Notes: a model not told the origin generated them from the sequence alone. Counted from the first letter of the stretch, positions 29,311-41,075 are shown. The stretch: DNA of 64,000 nucleotides from an uncultured virus (IMG/VR IMGVR_UViG_651053001_000005) (IMGVR_UViG_651053001_000005:1-64000); one strand, 5' to 3'. Made by a program: numbers and translations.

Positions 29311-32300
29311 CTATACCTCAGCTCTTTTGGTTGTTAGACTAATATTGCCTTCACTATCAACGTGATCAATTCTGCAGACCGTGTGGCTATAGATGCTGTT
29401 CTTATATACTTTAGGAATAAAGTTATTGCCTCTTCTGAATCCAGTGAACATGAGCAAAGTTCCTCTGGTATACCAAGACTTCTCAACAACCTCTTTCTTG
29501 CCGCCGGCGACAGGTCGAGAAATCTGTTTATTATAATGTCCAAAGCTACCAGCCCACTGTTTAACTGTTACCACCCCTGTAGGTGTAAGGAGTGTGATGG
29601 TGTGCTTGTTTTTATCCCTGTCTAATACGGTTCCTATAATTCGAGTCGTTTCATATTCATACAGAGTTTTTCCTCGCCATTGATATGGTTTCCCTTTGAT
29701 CGGCTCTTCTGGCAACTCATAGAAATCAGCAATATCATACTTAGCAAAGTTAACACCAGCAAGTTCATGATCGTTATAATAATAACTCAATGAATCCATC
29801 TCCCATTTACCAAGAGATCCATCGGCATACTTAGAACACTCTTTCTTAAGCAAGCAATTGTTAAGTCCACTTAAGGCTTCTTCAGTCGATATCCAGTTTT
29901 TGATTTTGGACATTTTACTGTCATATTCTTTTTTAAACAATCTTTCTGATACAACAAGTTGACCATTAATCATATCAACGATTCCGCTTTCACTGAAATG
30001 TTGATTGTAAAAGTCGGAAGACATATCATCTAATAAGAAAAGCCTGTCTTTTGGAGATTTCATTGTCTTGTAAACCTTTTTGCTGATGTATTCTTTGAAA
30101 CGGAAGAATCTAATTTCTAAAGCATATTCCTGGGGAACAATATTGTTTTCGATTAGCATTTTTAAATTCGATAAAGTCAGTTTGGTTTTAGGCTCAGATA
30201 TCAAACTAATAAAGGATTTCATTATTTTTTGTCTATCACCAAAAGAATCAAAACAACCACCTTTTATTAGTTGGATCATCTGTCCTTTTTTAAGGATGCT
30301 ACTTTTGAACATTCTTTCGATGAAGTCGTCAAAGTCACTGTATGGCCTATTTACAATTATTTGATGAACAACATCGTCACCAATTCCATTCATTCCTTTT
30401 AATCCAAATATAATAGAGTTACTTTCCGTATCTGCTTTAAAACCAAAATTTGCGCTATTGATATCAGGTAAATCAACTTTAATTCCTCTTTTTCTGATAT
30501 TCCCTATAGCTGCAGCCACTTTCCCATAGTTTGTGGCGGCTGATTTTTTGGTGGCCTGATCTTCTTCGCTCTCAATTCCACCACTGTTGACCGTTAAACA
30601 AGCTGTGCTCCAATACAATGGGTTGTACTTATAGTTAAGGTTCAATTCTTGAAGAGCAATAATAGAATATGCAAGAGTATGCAGGCTGCTGAACGAGTAT
30701 CCGAATTGTCTTTTAAATTGTACTTCCCAGACATATTTTAAAAGGTTTTCAGATGTTCCCAAGCTTCGCCCTTTCTCAAAAAACATTGTCTTTATTGCAT
30801 CAATCATTTTTTTGATTTTTTTGGCTATCCCTTTTCTTAGCTTATTAGATTCTTCAATGGTAAACCCAGCAATTTCTTTGTCCATGGATAGCATCATAAC
30901 TGATTCCTGTGTATCTGCGATCCCGTATAGACCTTCTTCTGGTTTATATAGATGTTTTTTAAGTACATCCATTTCTTCTGAACTTAAATTGTAATTTCTC
31001 ATTTCTTGATACCAGTGGTCGATGTCTTTTTTAAATCTTACATATGTATCTACAGGCTGTTCTTCCCCTTCTGACATCAGTCTCATTAAAGAATTTGTTA
31101 CGGCTGTTTCCAATAAGTTTTTCGGCTTAACTTTAACAACGGATTGGTTGCCCACTTCTGTATCAAACTGAAACAAATCCATTATTTCTCCTTCGCCAGC
31201 CATTTCCCATATTCTCTTAGAGTTATACTCCAAAGTATCTGGATGCAAATACTTAGTATAAGTTCTTTTTAAAGTTCCTTGGGACTCTATTTGATTGTCT
31301 TCGATAAGCTGGTCTAAGGCTACTCGAATTTTATCTAATCCCTCAATAGTCAACAGATCATACTTAACTGAACCCATTGCTTCACTGTCGCCCATATTGA
31401 ACTGTGTGATATATGCTCCTTTTGGTGTCCTCATCATTGCGTTTGATTTGGTGTATTCATCATTGAATATTAGGACGCCGGCTGCATGAGAAGATCGTTT
31501 GTTAGTTAAACCTTCAATTTTCAGACAGGTTTCTTTCAGATTGGGATATCCCTCGACCTCTCTAATAAATTCCTTAATAGGCTTTCTTCCTAATTCTTCA
31601 TTGCCAAAGAAACAATCGGAGAGAGTCCAGTTTGCTCCCCTTTCAAATGGAATCATTCCACTTAAATATTGAGAGATGTCGTTATCAATTCCTAAGCCTC
31701 TGCAAGCAGTTTGAAGTGCGGATTTAGATTTCTCAGTTCCAAAAGTGCAAATCTGCAGTACTCTTTTTTCTCCAAACTTGTCCCTTAATGCTTTTAAGAT
31801 TCTTGAACGCTTAGATCCTTCAGTATCAATATCGATATCTGGCAAATCTGGTCTCGATTTATGTATGTGACGCCAATGAGGAAGGTTGTACTGCATTGGG
31901 TTAATTTGCGTAATGTCTAACAAGTAATTTACTAAAAAACCTGCTGCGCTCCCCCTTGCTGCTCCAACTAAGCTGTCTCCTCCACATTCATCATCCCAAA
32001 TTGTATTGATGATTTCCCGGACAGTAACATAATAAGATGACATGGCCTGTTTTAGCTTCTCACTGATTTCCCATAGCTCACCCAATTCTAGATCAATCCG
32101 TTTTAAAATTGAGTGCAACTCTTTTTTAGACATATCCTTTTTCATTAGCTTTGCCTTAAAACCATCTTCAATTAGCTTTAACAAATACCTGTCCTGTTCT
32201 TCATCAGATTCAGCCATTAATTTTATATATTTATATTTCTCATAAGCCGGCTTGAACAAATGGGATAATTCAAACTCAGGTAAAGCCATTTTTGGAATAA

Positions 32301-33240
32301 TTGGTTCGTGCTCAATAGTATAGTCTTCAATCATCTCTCCAATTAGCAATGTGTTTTCAATGGCCTCTTTGATGATCTCTTTGTCCAAGTAGTCCATTCT
32401 CTCATGAATTTCATCAACATTCTGAACAAAACATGCCTCATAAAAAGAGTCGACTTCTCTCTCTCCATCCTTGGCGTTTAAAAAGGCTTGATGAATTGCC
32501 CTGTCTTCCGGTCTAAGAAAGTGTGCATCGGTTGTGACAATCACTTTCAATCCATAACCGTTAGCTATATTAACAAGTTTCTTATTACAATAAATTTGCT
32601 CTTCACTTAAAGCTGGCTGAAGCTCAATAAAGAACTTATCTTTCCCAAAGACTTTTACACACCATGTTATAAACTCATGAATTTTTAATTTGTTCTGCTT
32701 GATTGACTGAATGTCTCCGCTTTCTTCGCATTCTTTGATTCTGAGTAAATTGATATTCACCTCAGAGCCAAGACAAGCTGTTGTAGCGATAATATGACCT
32801 GGATCTTTGCTAAGCAGTTCTTCTACATCCTTTTTAACTGTTGGCACTCTTTCCATTGTTCCTGTGTAAAATGAATTTTCCCAGGCTTGTGAAGATAGTA
32901 TTCTTAGCTGCTCGTGTCCTTTAGGGTCAATTGCCAACATTAGAAAGTGCGGAAACTTTGTCTGTCCTGACTTATAGTTATCGCGGACTTCTTCCAGTGA
33001 ATCGACTAAATATGCTTCATTCCCCAATATGAGTTTAAAATCTGCAGGCATATCTCCCTTCTTCTTCATTTCTCTGACAGTCTTAATCGCTTCCAAATGT
33101 GCTGAAAGAATCTCATGGTCAGTAATAGCCAATCCTTTATAATTCATCTGAACAGCTGTCTTAAGCAATTCTCCAACTGAGTTTGTTGAATCGAGTAGTC
33201 TTATGTTACTTTTATCAGTGTGGCAGTGACATCCAATCAA
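29311..33240 (-). CDS. dnaE: DNA polymerase III alpha subunit with PHP domain
   Basis: HCHT, TDH, GxxRGSAAG, PDIDID, HAAG, FGYSF..H. Confidence 0.97.
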   Translation of the reverse strand: MIGCHCHTDKSNIRLLDSTNSVGELLKTAVQMNYKGLAITDHEILSAHLEAIKTVREMKKKGDMPADFKLILGNEAYLVDSLEEVRDNYKSGQTKFPHFLMLAIDPKGHEQLRILSSQAWENSFYTGTMERVPTVKKDVEELLSKDPGHIIATTACLGSEVNINLLRIKECEESGDIQSIKQNKLKIHEFITWCVKVFGKDKFFIELQPALSEEQIYCNKKLVNIANGYGLKVIVTTDAHFLRPEDRAIHQAFLNAKDGEREVDSFYEACFVQNVDEIHERMDYLDKEIIKEAIENTLLIGEMIEDYTIEHEPIIPKMALPEFELSHLFKPAYEKYKYIKLMAESDEEQDRYLLKLIEDGFKAKLMKKDMSKKELHSILKRIDLELGELWEISEKLKQAMSSYYVTVREIINTIWDDECGGDSLVGAARGSAAGFLVNYLLDITQINPMQYNLPHWRHIHKSRPDLPDIDIDTEGSKRSRILKALRDKFGEKRVLQICTFGTEKSKSALQTACRGLGIDNDISQYLSGMIPFERGANWTLSDCFFGNEELGRKPIKEFIREVEGYPNLKETCLKIEGLTNKRSSHAAGVLIFNDEYTKSNAMMRTPKGAYITQFNMGDSEAMGSVKYDLLTIEGLDKIRVALDQLIEDNQIESQGTLKRTYTKYLHPDTLEYNSKRIWEMAGEGEIMDLFQFDTEVGNQSVVKVKPKNLLETAVTNSLMRLMSEGEEQPVDTYVRFKKDIDHWYQEMRNYNLSSEEMDVLKKHLYKPEEGLYGIADTQESVMMLSMDKEIAGFTIEESNKLRKGIAKKIKKMIDAIKTMFFEKGRSLGTSENLLKYVWEVQFKRQFGYSFSSLHTLAYSIIALQELNLNYKYNPLYWSTACLTVNSGGIESEEDQATKKSAATNYGKVAAAIGNIRKRGIKVDLPDINSANFGFKADTESNSIIFGLKGMNGIGDDVVHQIIVNRPYSDFDDFIERMFKSSILKKGQMIQLIKGGCFDSFGDRQKIMKSFISLISEPKTKLTLSNLKMLIENNIVPQEYALEIRFFRFKEYISKKVYKTMKSPKDRLFLLDDMSSDFYNQHFSESGIVDMINGQLVVSERLFKKEYDSKMSKIKNWISTEEALSGLNNCLLKKECSKYADGSLGKWEMDSLSYYYNDHELAGVNFAKYDIADFYELPEEPIKGKPYQWRGKTLYEYETTRIIGTVLDRDKNKHTITLLTPTGVVTVKQWAGSFGHYNKQISRPVAGGKKEVVEKSWYTRGTLLMFTGFRRGNNFIPKVYKNSIYSHTVCRIDHVDSEGNISLTTKRAEV

Positions 33241-33252
33241 TTTTCATCCCCC

Positions 33253-34983
33253 TTAAAACACAAGCTCTTTTTTCTTTGTACGAACCACCTCCAAGTCATA
33301 AATTTCAATTTGAGGTGTTTGTCTACCCTTATATTCATTTACCCTTGCCTTACCAACAACATTAAGTATTAAAGTTCCATTTGATTGAGTAAGTTTCTCA
33401 AAGTATTCTGTATCGCTTTTAAAGCGTATGTATTCAATATCTCCATGTTTAAACTTGACTGTTGTCTTGTTCTTTTTCCCGATGTGTTCAATTTGATCAA
33501 CATCAACTTCTAGTTCTGTTATTGCTACTAATGGTTCTTCGACCTTATAGCCCCAATAATCTTTATAGCTATACAGCTTAATTAAAAATTCCTTTCTAAG
33601 TTGATTAGCTGGTATCTCAAAATCAACATTTTGAACATATTCTTCAATATCTATGTCTTTAAATTTTTCATTCAGCACTTTGTTCACCAGTATTAAGTTC
33701 TGTCGTTTAATTGCAAAACCAGCTGCATTTGGGTGACCTTCAACAAACTCAAACAATCCAGTATCTATAAGCACTTTCTTAAAATCCTTTATAAACCCTT
33801 TGTCATACCCTCGTATAGAGCCACTCAAGATATCTTTACCTTTTTCGGGATCGTTTCTGGCTAACAAGACCGGCTTTTTATATTCTTCTGCAAGCTGATT
33901 GGCCACCAGACCAGTTAGACTCTTATCTAGAATTCCTTCAATGTAAATAATGAGTACTTTATTCGCTGTTAAACTTTTCTCCTCTATTCTATTTTTAATT
34001 TCCACTCCAGCTGCATCTGCAATCCGTTTCTGCTTTGCTTTTAGATTTCCTAGAATTCTAACTGTGTCATCATGTATTGACACAAGCTCTGTTTCACTTT
34101 GCCCACGTTTTTTGTAGGGAACCTTTTCTTTAGAAAGAAGGAATGCTCTCATCATTTGATCTTTTTCTTCACTGCTTCCAACCCTAATGGCTGCGTTAAT
34201 TAAAGGGTTAATAAAGAACTGTGTATTCTGTATGTTCTTGTCACCTCTGGTTGAAAAATCTTGCTTCTTAAACAGCTTCTTTAATAATGGATGCTTAATT
34301 TTCTTCAAGCCTTCATTCATAAAATACCTGGTTTCAAGGTTTCTTGAATCAGCCGAATCAGCAATGTTACCAATAGATACAAGGTCTAAGAATTGTTCGG
34401 CTTCATTTTTATTTAGCTTTTCATCAACTGCCTGGCAAAATTTATAGGCCATTCCTGCACCGGTTAGAGTTTTATTCGAATAATTAGGCGAAAGTTGATT
34501 ATTTACTACGATCGCATGTTCAGACTCTCGTTCACATTCATGGTGATCAATAACAATTATTTCTGTGCCTCTCTTATTAAGAGCCTCATGTTCCTCAAAT
34601 TGACTTGAACCTGCGTCTGGGATTATGACTAAGTCAACATCATCAGGAATTGTATCAATAAATATCCCATGTTCCTTCCCATCTTGAATTCTGTAATGTA
34701 TATTTGCTTTCGGACAAATCTTCTTTATATAATTGATAATAATTGAACTTGATGTGTACCCATCTACATCGCTATCCACTTGAACAAATATTTTATTTTT
34801 ATTCTCCAAATGCTTTATTAAACAATCAGATGCTTTATCAATGTTATCGAGTTTTGAAAAATGAATGACTGAGCTCTGGTTCACATCAATAAAGCTCTTC
34901 GGATTTTCAATCCCTCTGTTTATTAAAATTGTCGATAATGGATTGAAATTATAATCATTGTTGCCAATGAGCTTATAAGCCAC
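33253..34983 (-). CDS. yorK: RecJ-like ssDNA exonuclease (DHH/DHHA1)
   Basis: DSDVDG, IDHH, GS.R, GH..AAG. Confidence 0.92.
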   Translation of the reverse strand: MAYKLIGNNDYNFNPLSTILINRGIENPKSFIDVNQSSVIHFSKLDNIDKASDCLIKHLENKNKIFVQVDSDVDGYTSSSIIINYIKKICPKANIHYRIQDGKEHGIFIDTIPDDVDLVIIPDAGSSQFEEHEALNKRGTEIIVIDHHECERESEHAIVVNNQLSPNYSNKTLTGAGMAYKFCQAVDEKLNKNEAEQFLDLVSIGNIADSADSRNLETRYFMNEGLKKIKHPLLKKLFKKQDFSTRGDKNIQNTQFFINPLINAAIRVGSSEEKDQMMRAFLLSKEKVPYKKRGQSETELVSIHDDTVRILGNLKAKQKRIADAAGVEIKNRIEEKSLTANKVLIIYIEGILDKSLTGLVANQLAEEYKKPVLLARNDPEKGKDILSGSIRGYDKGFIKDFKKVLIDTGLFEFVEGHPNAAGFAIKRQNLILVNKVLNEKFKDIDIEEYVQNVDFEIPANQLRKEFLIKLYSYKDYWGYKVEEPLVAITELEVDVDQIEHIGKKNKTTVKFKHGDIEYIRFKSDTEYFEKLTQSNGTLILNVVGKARVNEYKGRQTPQIEIYDLEVVRTKKKELVF

Positions 34984-36119
34984 TAAATCCCTCCTTCATT
35001 CGTATTGATTTCAATTTTTCTTCTCATCAACTCCTCTAAAACGTCTTTTCCCTTATCAGCTGGACTGTCTTTATAATCCAACATGTTTTCAAAATCCCAT
35101 AAAACATACACACGAACATACGGCGTAAATTTTGCTGCAAGCTTCAAGATTTTTTTCTGATACTCTAGCAGTTTACGTTGATACATTTCCTCCGTTTCAT
35201 GGTCTTTCGGTGGCCGGTATTTATCGAGAGCAATAAACACTTCTTCCACTCCAAGAGAAAGTAAGATATCACGGTGAAAATTTGAAATGTTGTTTGAACA
35301 GACTGCACATGTGAAATTTGCTTCACCATAAAAGTCCTGGCATTTTAAAACAGATTTTTCTGATTCAAAAATTAAGGCTTTTTTAAACCTTTCAATAGAA
35401 TCTTTTGTTTTATGTAATCCATATAAATTCATCATGGTCTGATGATTATACAAGGTGTTCTCAACTTTTAAAGGCATATATTTATACCCGGCATCAACTT
35501 CTTCTTTAATAAGAGATCGTCTACGTATACCAATCAATCTATTATTTAAATCTCGATGTGGAATGGTTATACCTTCTGTGTAGCTTCTAAAATAGTAACC
35601 AATTTCAAAGTCATTTAATGTTTGCATGCTTATTCCCTCGTCCAACCACATTTGATGGGGATAAGGCATAAACACATCTAAAACAGTCTCATTGAAGCTG
35701 GGAAGTTCAATACCTATCTTTTTCCTCTTTTTGAACTTCCCCATCCATTCCCAGTCATCAATTAAATCATTATTCGTGAATGTCTCCCTATTACCGAAAC
35801 CAAATGTTCTCCCAGCTAGCCTTGCAACATACTCAATGGCTTGATTGAAGGATATATTGATCCCTTTTTGTCTTTTTGCTCGTATTACAAGCTCAAAGAC
35901 ATCGAATGTGTCTCCACATTCTGTATAGCAATGAAATTGCTTTGCTTCGTGGTAATAATACAGTTTGTAGCTTCCACTAGAAGCGTTATGGCAAACGGTT
36001 CTGTATATTGGGTTTCCTTGTTGATCCCATTGATTATTTTCGCTACCCAATTCTTTTAATATTTTATGTATATCCTCAAGCGTAAGACTTTCTTTTATTC
36101 TGTCTTTATCATATTTCAA
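34983..36119 (-). CDS. yorJ: DNA primase (Zn finger + TOPRIM)
   Basis: CH...C...C, IP.R....LIG...R, KY, FE.E, LD.Y. Confidence 0.85.
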   Translation of the reverse strand: MKYDKDRIKESLTLEDIHKILKELGSENNQWDQQGNPIYRTVCHNASSGSYKLYYYHEAKQFHCYTECGDTFDVFELVIRAKRQKGINISFNQAIEYVARLAGRTFGFGNRETFTNNDLIDDWEWMGKFKKRKKIGIELPSFNETVLDVFMPYPHQMWLDEGISMQTLNDFEIGYYFRSYTEGITIPHRDLNNRLIGIRRRSLIKEEVDAGYKYMPLKVENTLYNHQTMMNLYGLHKTKDSIERFKKALIFESEKSVLKCQDFYGEANFTCAVCSNNISNFHRDILLSLGVEEVFIALDKYRPPKDHETEEMYQRKLLEYQKKILKLAAKFTPYVRVYVLWDFENMLDYKDSPADKGKDVLEELMRRKIEINTNEGGI

Positions 36120-36134
36120 AGGGTGCTACACCCC

Positions 36135-37649
36135 TTATCCTGCTTTAACATTCAATTTTTCAACTGTAATTAATTCGTTATCGAGATTTGTTGTGAAACA
36201 ATCCTTGATCCGCATATTTCCCATATTTATATGGGAGAAGACTTTTACTTTGTCGTACTCATTTCCCCTGTTCTTAAATACGTGTGTAACAAAATTTGGC
36301 TCTGAGTAAAAACCTGCTTTTAAAATCGGATCAATAGCATCCTTCTCTTTTTTACTTAAGGGTAGAATAATCATTGCAGCATCAGTCTTATCTGCAATAG
36401 CTTTACTTCCTCTAAGGTAAGATGCATCTATAACTTGTCCTTTTTGCCATGCCTCTTTCCATTCACCATTTAATTGAGTAGCACTCATCATATAGACATC
36501 GTATTTGTTGCATAAGCCCTTTAACTTATCAGACATAAGCAAAAGGATTTGATCCTCTCTTAGGTTGACGCCGCTTTTTTTACTCATCTCCGAAAAAATT
36601 GTCACCGATGAGTGAATATAATCAAAGTAAATGTACTCAACATTATTTTTAATTACATTCTTTTCAATCGTTCTCTCGATCTCCTGGATATTGAAATCTG
36701 GAAGATGCTCGAACCAAATATTGGACTCTTGAAGAACTTTAGCAGCTTTGCGCACAAGCTGTTTTTCTTGCTCATTAATAGTATTTCTGAGTATTTTTTT
36801 CTCTTCTACACCACTGATATAGGCAAGAGCCAAGCTTTGCAATTCCTCTGCCATCATTTCCGTTGAGATGACCGCGGAACTTTCATTCCAAGGATTTTTA
36901 ACCCATTCCTTCTTTTTAAGGTCGTACAACTCAGTTGCACTTAATCTACAAGCATCAGCAACCATATTCCTTGTTTTACCTCCGCCTGTAATACTTGAGC
37001 GAATATAAAACTTTTTCTTGCGAGACCCACGGAAAATTGACGTAAGCATTTCGCTATTTAGTGGTACTCCAATATCTGGCGACTCCTCAAGAGAATCTAA
37101 TAACTCATCAATGCCTTCTCCACCTTGAATTCCCACGCTTTCGGATGAGGTTCGAAACTTCTCTTTTACATCTACAATCTTCATTTCATAAGCTGCTAGA
37201 ATTTCATCAATCGATTTCTTATCAAACTGTTCCTGCATTTTTTCTTGTTCTTTTGGATCAATTATAGTTTCATCATAAATCTCCTTGATATCGAAACCTA
37301 AGCCGCTCATTTCTCTGAGCAAACTAAACTTTTTTAGTCTTTTGTAGTGGTAATCAAAGTTTTCGACTACAGCCAACTCTTGAATTCTCTCGATGTATTC
37401 AAGGCCATTGTTATCATGAAAAATCTTATATTGAATGTCGTAATCTTTTAGATATCCATCTATCTCAACCTCATTCAATACTTCCGTCCCTTGCTGGAAT
37501 AAGTTACTCATAGCAAAAAACAGTATTGAGTGAAATCTTGAAGGGAAATCATCCGAAGTAATCCTATACTTGTTGCTTTCAGACAAGATTGTGGGATCCT
37601 TGAGTATGCTTCCTAAAACCTGAACAATTGCTTTTTTGTCTTGTAGCAA
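36135..37649 (-). CDS. yorI: DnaB-like replicative helicase
   Basis: GGGKT Walker A, STEM, FDYI, TQLN, KNR. Confidence 0.92.
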   Translation of the reverse strand: MLQDKKAIVQVLGSILKDPTILSESNKYRITSDDFPSRFHSILFFAMSNLFQQGTEVLNEVEIDGYLKDYDIQYKIFHDNNGLEYIERIQELAVVENFDYHYKRLKKFSLLREMSGLGFDIKEIYDETIIDPKEQEKMQEQFDKKSIDEILAAYEMKIVDVKEKFRTSSESVGIQGGEGIDELLDSLEESPDIGVPLNSEMLTSIFRGSRKKKFYIRSSITGGGKTRNMVADACRLSATELYDLKKKEWVKNPWNESSAVISTEMMAEELQSLALAYISGVEEKKILRNTINEQEKQLVRKAAKVLQESNIWFEHLPDFNIQEIERTIEKNVIKNNVEYIYFDYIHSSVTIFSEMSKKSGVNLREDQILLLMSDKLKGLCNKYDVYMMSATQLNGEWKEAWQKGQVIDASYLRGSKAIADKTDAAMIILPLSKKEKDAIDPILKAGFYSEPNFVTHVFKNRGNEYDKVKVFSHINMGNMRIKDCFTTNLDNELITVEKLNVKAG

Positions 37650-37663
37650 ATGGACTCTCCTTC

Positions 37664-38134
37664 CTATAATGTTGAGATGTCAACAAGTCCCCTTTTCTTT
37701 CTCAATCCCTTTTTTATTATTAACGTGATCTCTTCTCTTTTGTGATTCTTAGGGTCTTCGGCTGATTTTTGGATTGCCTTTTGTTTTATGTAATGTCGCT
37801 TAGCCTCGTCATATACAAAAGGGACGATTCCAATACCATCGCCTTCTCTTGGAAGATTCTCCAGTGTTTCATAAAAGTACTTAAGCGCAAGCTCGATTCC
37901 TTTTAGCTTATACCCATATTCCTCTTGAAACTCTTTGATCTGTTTTAGCATCATACCTGTCGGAGATGCAAGACCATATAAGCTGCATATGTATTGAAGT
38001 AACTCTTTTCGATGATCTGCCTCTTGTCTCCACGTGTTGAAGCACTGTTCATGGTAGTATCTTTTTTTATAAGGAATCGCTAAATCTTTATCTAATTTAG
38101 TCTCACAATATGGACATTTGACTTGTCTTCCCAA
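37664..38134 (-). CDS. yorH: Zn-binding replication-associated protein
   Basis: CPYC...H..C; synteny. Confidence 0.75.
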   Translation of the reverse strand: MGRQVKCPYCETKLDKDLAIPYKKRYYHEQCFNTWRQEADHRKELLQYICSLYGLASPTGMMLKQIKEFQEEYGYKLKGIELALKYFYETLENLPREGDGIGIVPFVYDEAKRHYIKQKAIQKSAEDPKNHKREEITLIIKKGLRKKRGLVDISTL

Positions 38135-38174
38135 ATAATCACCCCTAATAAGGAGGAGGGAATAACCCCCCAGT

Positions 38175-39146
38175 TTATTTAGATAGAAGATCTTTTAGGT
38201 CATCCAAAATTACAGACATAACGTTTACTTGTTTGCGGCTGCATTCAGTCACTTTTACTCCCTTGCCTAAGTGCTTCTCTGTAATCTCATTAACCTCTTC
38301 CAGCCGTCCTTCTCCATTGAGCTTAATTCCAACTTCTTTGATTTGCTCCATCAATGAGTCGTAATCAAGCTCTTCTGAAGCATTGTTTTGTTTTTGCTCT
38401 TCATATGTAACGGCAACAATACCTTCTGCTTCTTCCTGTCTTTCAACTGCCTCGATAATGGCCTTCTCTAGGTTCTCTGCAGTGAACTCAGGAAGGTATG
38501 TGTCAATGTAATCGAAACGGCTGCGTGCAAAGTGCTCTTCTGTTTCAGCCAACCAAGCGCTTGATTTGATAACCTTTCTGTCTTCATCAACACCATTAGA
38601 ACTTAGATAAAGTACAATATCACTGTTATCAATAACAGGGGCCAATACACGTTTATCACCTTTAGGATAGACTTTTCCTTTTTTGTCCTCTGCAGCATGA
38701 GCAATAAAGATAACGGTAAATCCTACACCAATCAGTTTATTAATCTCTTCCCATACTTCTGTTTCATACTCTTTCCAAAGACCAAACCCATCATTTCCAT
38801 CTTTAATCCGTTCTACATCATATTGCTCGCAAACATATCTGGTTGCATATTTAGCAAATGCATCTACTTCATCAACAATAATTGTCTGATACATTTCTTT
38901 TGCCTTTTCTGCATTTTTGGTTAACTGTTTATTAACCTTCTTAAAATCCGCCCAGCTATTAATAGCCATAAATTGAACACCTGCGATGGCATTCAAACCT
39001 TTTTCAAATGGCAAGTATAAAGGTTTCTTCATTCGTGTGCTTTGTTTTGTCTTACCCAAGTTGTTAGAACCATAGATAGTAATAACTTTTCCCTCTAAAC
39101 CTTTTGCGACTACTGAAACTTGAGGATTGAAAATATCAATTGCCAT
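38175..39146 (-). CDS. yorG: AAA_24/Sak4-like ATPase
   Basis: YGSNNLGKT, FEKG, IVDE, IAH. Confidence 0.85.
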   Translation of the reverse strand: MAIDIFNPQVSVVAKGLEGKVITIYGSNNLGKTKQSTRMKKPLYLPFEKGLNAIAGVQFMAINSWADFKKVNKQLTKNAEKAKEMYQTIIVDEVDAFAKYATRYVCEQYDVERIKDGNDGFGLWKEYETEVWEEINKLIGVGFTVIFIAHAAEDKKGKVYPKGDKRVLAPVIDNSDIVLYLSSNGVDEDRKVIKSSAWLAETEEHFARSRFDYIDTYLPEFTAENLEKAIIEAVERQEEAEGIVAVTYEEQKQNNASEELDYDSLMEQIKEVGIKLNGEGRLEEVNEITEKHLGKGVKVTECSRKQVNVMSVILDDLKDLLSK

Positions 39147-39235
39147 TTAAACTCTCCTTTAATTTTGATTTGATGGGTGAGTCAAAGCCCACCCCCAGTT
39201 ATGTATTTTCATTTAAACTATTTTATTTTTATCTA

Positions 39236-40150
39236 TTAAAAAGGGAGTTCATCATCTGAAATTTCAACCGGCTTTGAAGGCTTGTTATTAGGAGCGCTTC
39301 CTCCAAACCCAGACTTTTTATCGTTTTCTTTATTTCCTTCTTTCTTCAGCTCATCTAGGTAAATCTCTCTTTCAGTCAACGCTTTTTTAATTGCATCTGC
39401 CTTAAAAGCATTTTTGCTATCCTCGTCATATGGATCATTGCCACCTGTAATTAGGTACTCTCTTTTCGAATTAGTAGTGATTTCTTTCTTGTCTTCGCCA
39501 AATGCTGCTGTTTTGGTCGTTACTTTTTGCTCTTTAAAGTTAATAATCTTTCCAAAAACGTTAACCGTAGACCCTTTTTCATAATTATTTTCAACGTATT
39601 GAGACCCTTCTTTTGTGACTACAAATTCAAAAGGAATTACTTTCCCACCATATAAAGGAATATAACCATTTAAATTAACTCTGCCCGTTTCTTCACCTTT
39701 TACTTTCTCTTCGGTTACATTCTTTACAAACAGCTCAACATCAAATTCAGCTCTTGGATTGAATTCTTCATTGGCATCTAGCCTGTTTACAAAATTAGTT
39801 GTTAATTGTGGGTATGATTTGAAAATCCCTTGGGCGTAATATTCGTTCAATCCAATCTTTCCTTGGGTAATTCTCACTTTATCAGCTTGCTCTCTCCCAT
39901 GTTCTGCAATCGATTTATACTCCTTAATAATAGTTTGGTAGCCTTTTGCGATAGCATTGTCGGTGCCGTCATCTTTCTTATACTTTGAAAAGCCTTTTAC
40001 TGTATGCACTTCATTTGGTGCAACCTCAATATCTAGTTCAATATTTAGCCCTTTACCACTTTTCCACTCAGTGTGTTTTACCTCAGCAAGTGTCCCCTCA
40101 ATAGTTACAACATTTGATGCTTCACGTAATACTGTTTTATTTTCTGCCAT
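39236..40150 (-). CDS. yorF: single-stranded DNA-binding-like protein
   Basis: Acidic C-terminus DDELPF; start MAENKT after AGAGG. Confidence 0.8.
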   Translation of the reverse strand: MAENKTVLREASNVVTIEGTLAEVKHTEWKSGKGLNIELDIEVAPNEVHTVKGFSKYKKDDGTDNAIAKGYQTIIKEYKSIAEHGREQADKVRITQGKIGLNEYYAQGIFKSYPQLTTNFVNRLDANEEFNPRAEFDVELFVKNVTEEKVKGEETGRVNLNGYIPLYGGKVIPFEFVVTKEGSQYVENNYEKGSTVNVFGKIINFKEQKVTTKTAAFGEDKKEITTNSKREYLITGGNDPYDEDSKNAFKADAIKKALTEREIYLDELKKEGNKENDKKSGFGGSAPNNKPSKPVEISDDELPF

Positions 40151-40172
40151 GTAAATAATCAACCTCTTCCTT

Positions 40173-40553
40173 TTAATTATTAATTTTATTTTTATTCTTA
40201 AAATGTCTATAATGAGACTTGCTACTAAACTTACAATCCTTGATACCAAGTAGCTCATTTAATTCTATGTATCTCTTTTTTGGAAAGTCCCAAGGTTCAG
40301 GATCACCTTTTACATTTTCAATTCTTATTACTGTTCCATGCCGAATTGTGATCTTTAAGTTTCCATATGAGTATGTTTTTGAAAAAAGACCTCTTTTAAT
40401 TCCTTGTGGTTTAAATTCCTTTACCAACATCACATTCCTGGTTAACTTTCTTCTTGCTTGATCTTCGTCAATGTCGTAATTCCTTTTGACATCGTTCTTG
40501 TAGTTATGCAGAGCTTTTGCTGATACTTTCAATATCTTTAATTCCTTTTTCAT
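40173..40553 (-). CDS. yorE: hypothetical protein
   Basis: Synteny; first gene after the SPBRE promoter. Confidence 0.7.
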   Translation of the reverse strand: MKKELKILKVSAKALHNYKNDVKRNYDIDEDQARRKLTRNVMLVKEFKPQGIKRGLFSKTYSYGNLKITIRHGTVIRIENVKGDPEPWDFPKKRYIELNELLGIKDCKFSSKSHYRHFKNKNKINN

Positions 40554-40586
40554 CTCTTTCCTCCTTTCTCTCTTTGGGATAACTTA

Positions 40587-40645
40587 ATCTTACATCATCA
40601 AAACGAAACGGTCAACAACTATTTTATTTTTATTCTAAAAAGTTT
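40587..40645 (-). promoter_or_regulatory. sigma-A promoter of the replication operon with SPBRE-like element
   Basis: TTGACC-N17-TAAGAT preceded by TTTAGAATAAAAATAAAATAG. Confidence 0.8.
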
Positions 40646-40691
40646 TAAAAAGAGTTGAGCTGCAGATAACAGCTCGACAGAGTGCTTAACT

Positions 40692-41075
40692 TTAGCTGGG
40701 AAAGTTGTTAACCCTTTTAAGGTGGTTATCCATATGTTTTAATATATGAAGTTTTTCATTAAAATTCATATATTCTTCTTTAGTAATTTTCTTTGCTAAT
40801 TGATATTGACGTGAATCTAATTGAACTTTATGTCCGAGTTTATCTTTAATAATTACGTGTTTAACATTAAAAATCTTGTATACTTCATAAAAGGAGTTCA
40901 TATCTAGATCATCATATTTGTTTGCACCATTGCCACTTTCTTTAATTCTGTTACCATCATTGTCTATACGTCGTGTATCGATTGGCTTCACAAAATCACC
41001 CAATCGAGGTCTTCTATTAAGAGTTTGAAAGTAAACCGTTTCACCGTGCTCGTTTTTTGCTGTTAAGAAGTTCAT
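40692..41075 (-). CDS. hypothetical protein
   Basis: ORF track, AAGGAG RBS, downstream terminator 40647-40678. Confidence 0.7.
   Translation of the reverse strand: MNFLTAKNEHGETVYFQTLNRRPRLGDFVKPIDTRRIDNDGNRIKESGNGANKYDDLDMNSFYEVYKIFNVKHVIIKDKLGHKVQLDSRQYQLAKKITKEEYMNFNEKLHILKHMDNHLKRVNNFPS

Noticed and set aside
29362..37267. Many 60-190 aa plus-strand ORFs opposite dnaE, yorK, yorI and others (also 25801..26373)
   Set aside because: Antisense shadows of well-supported genes; no RBS or recognisable motifs.
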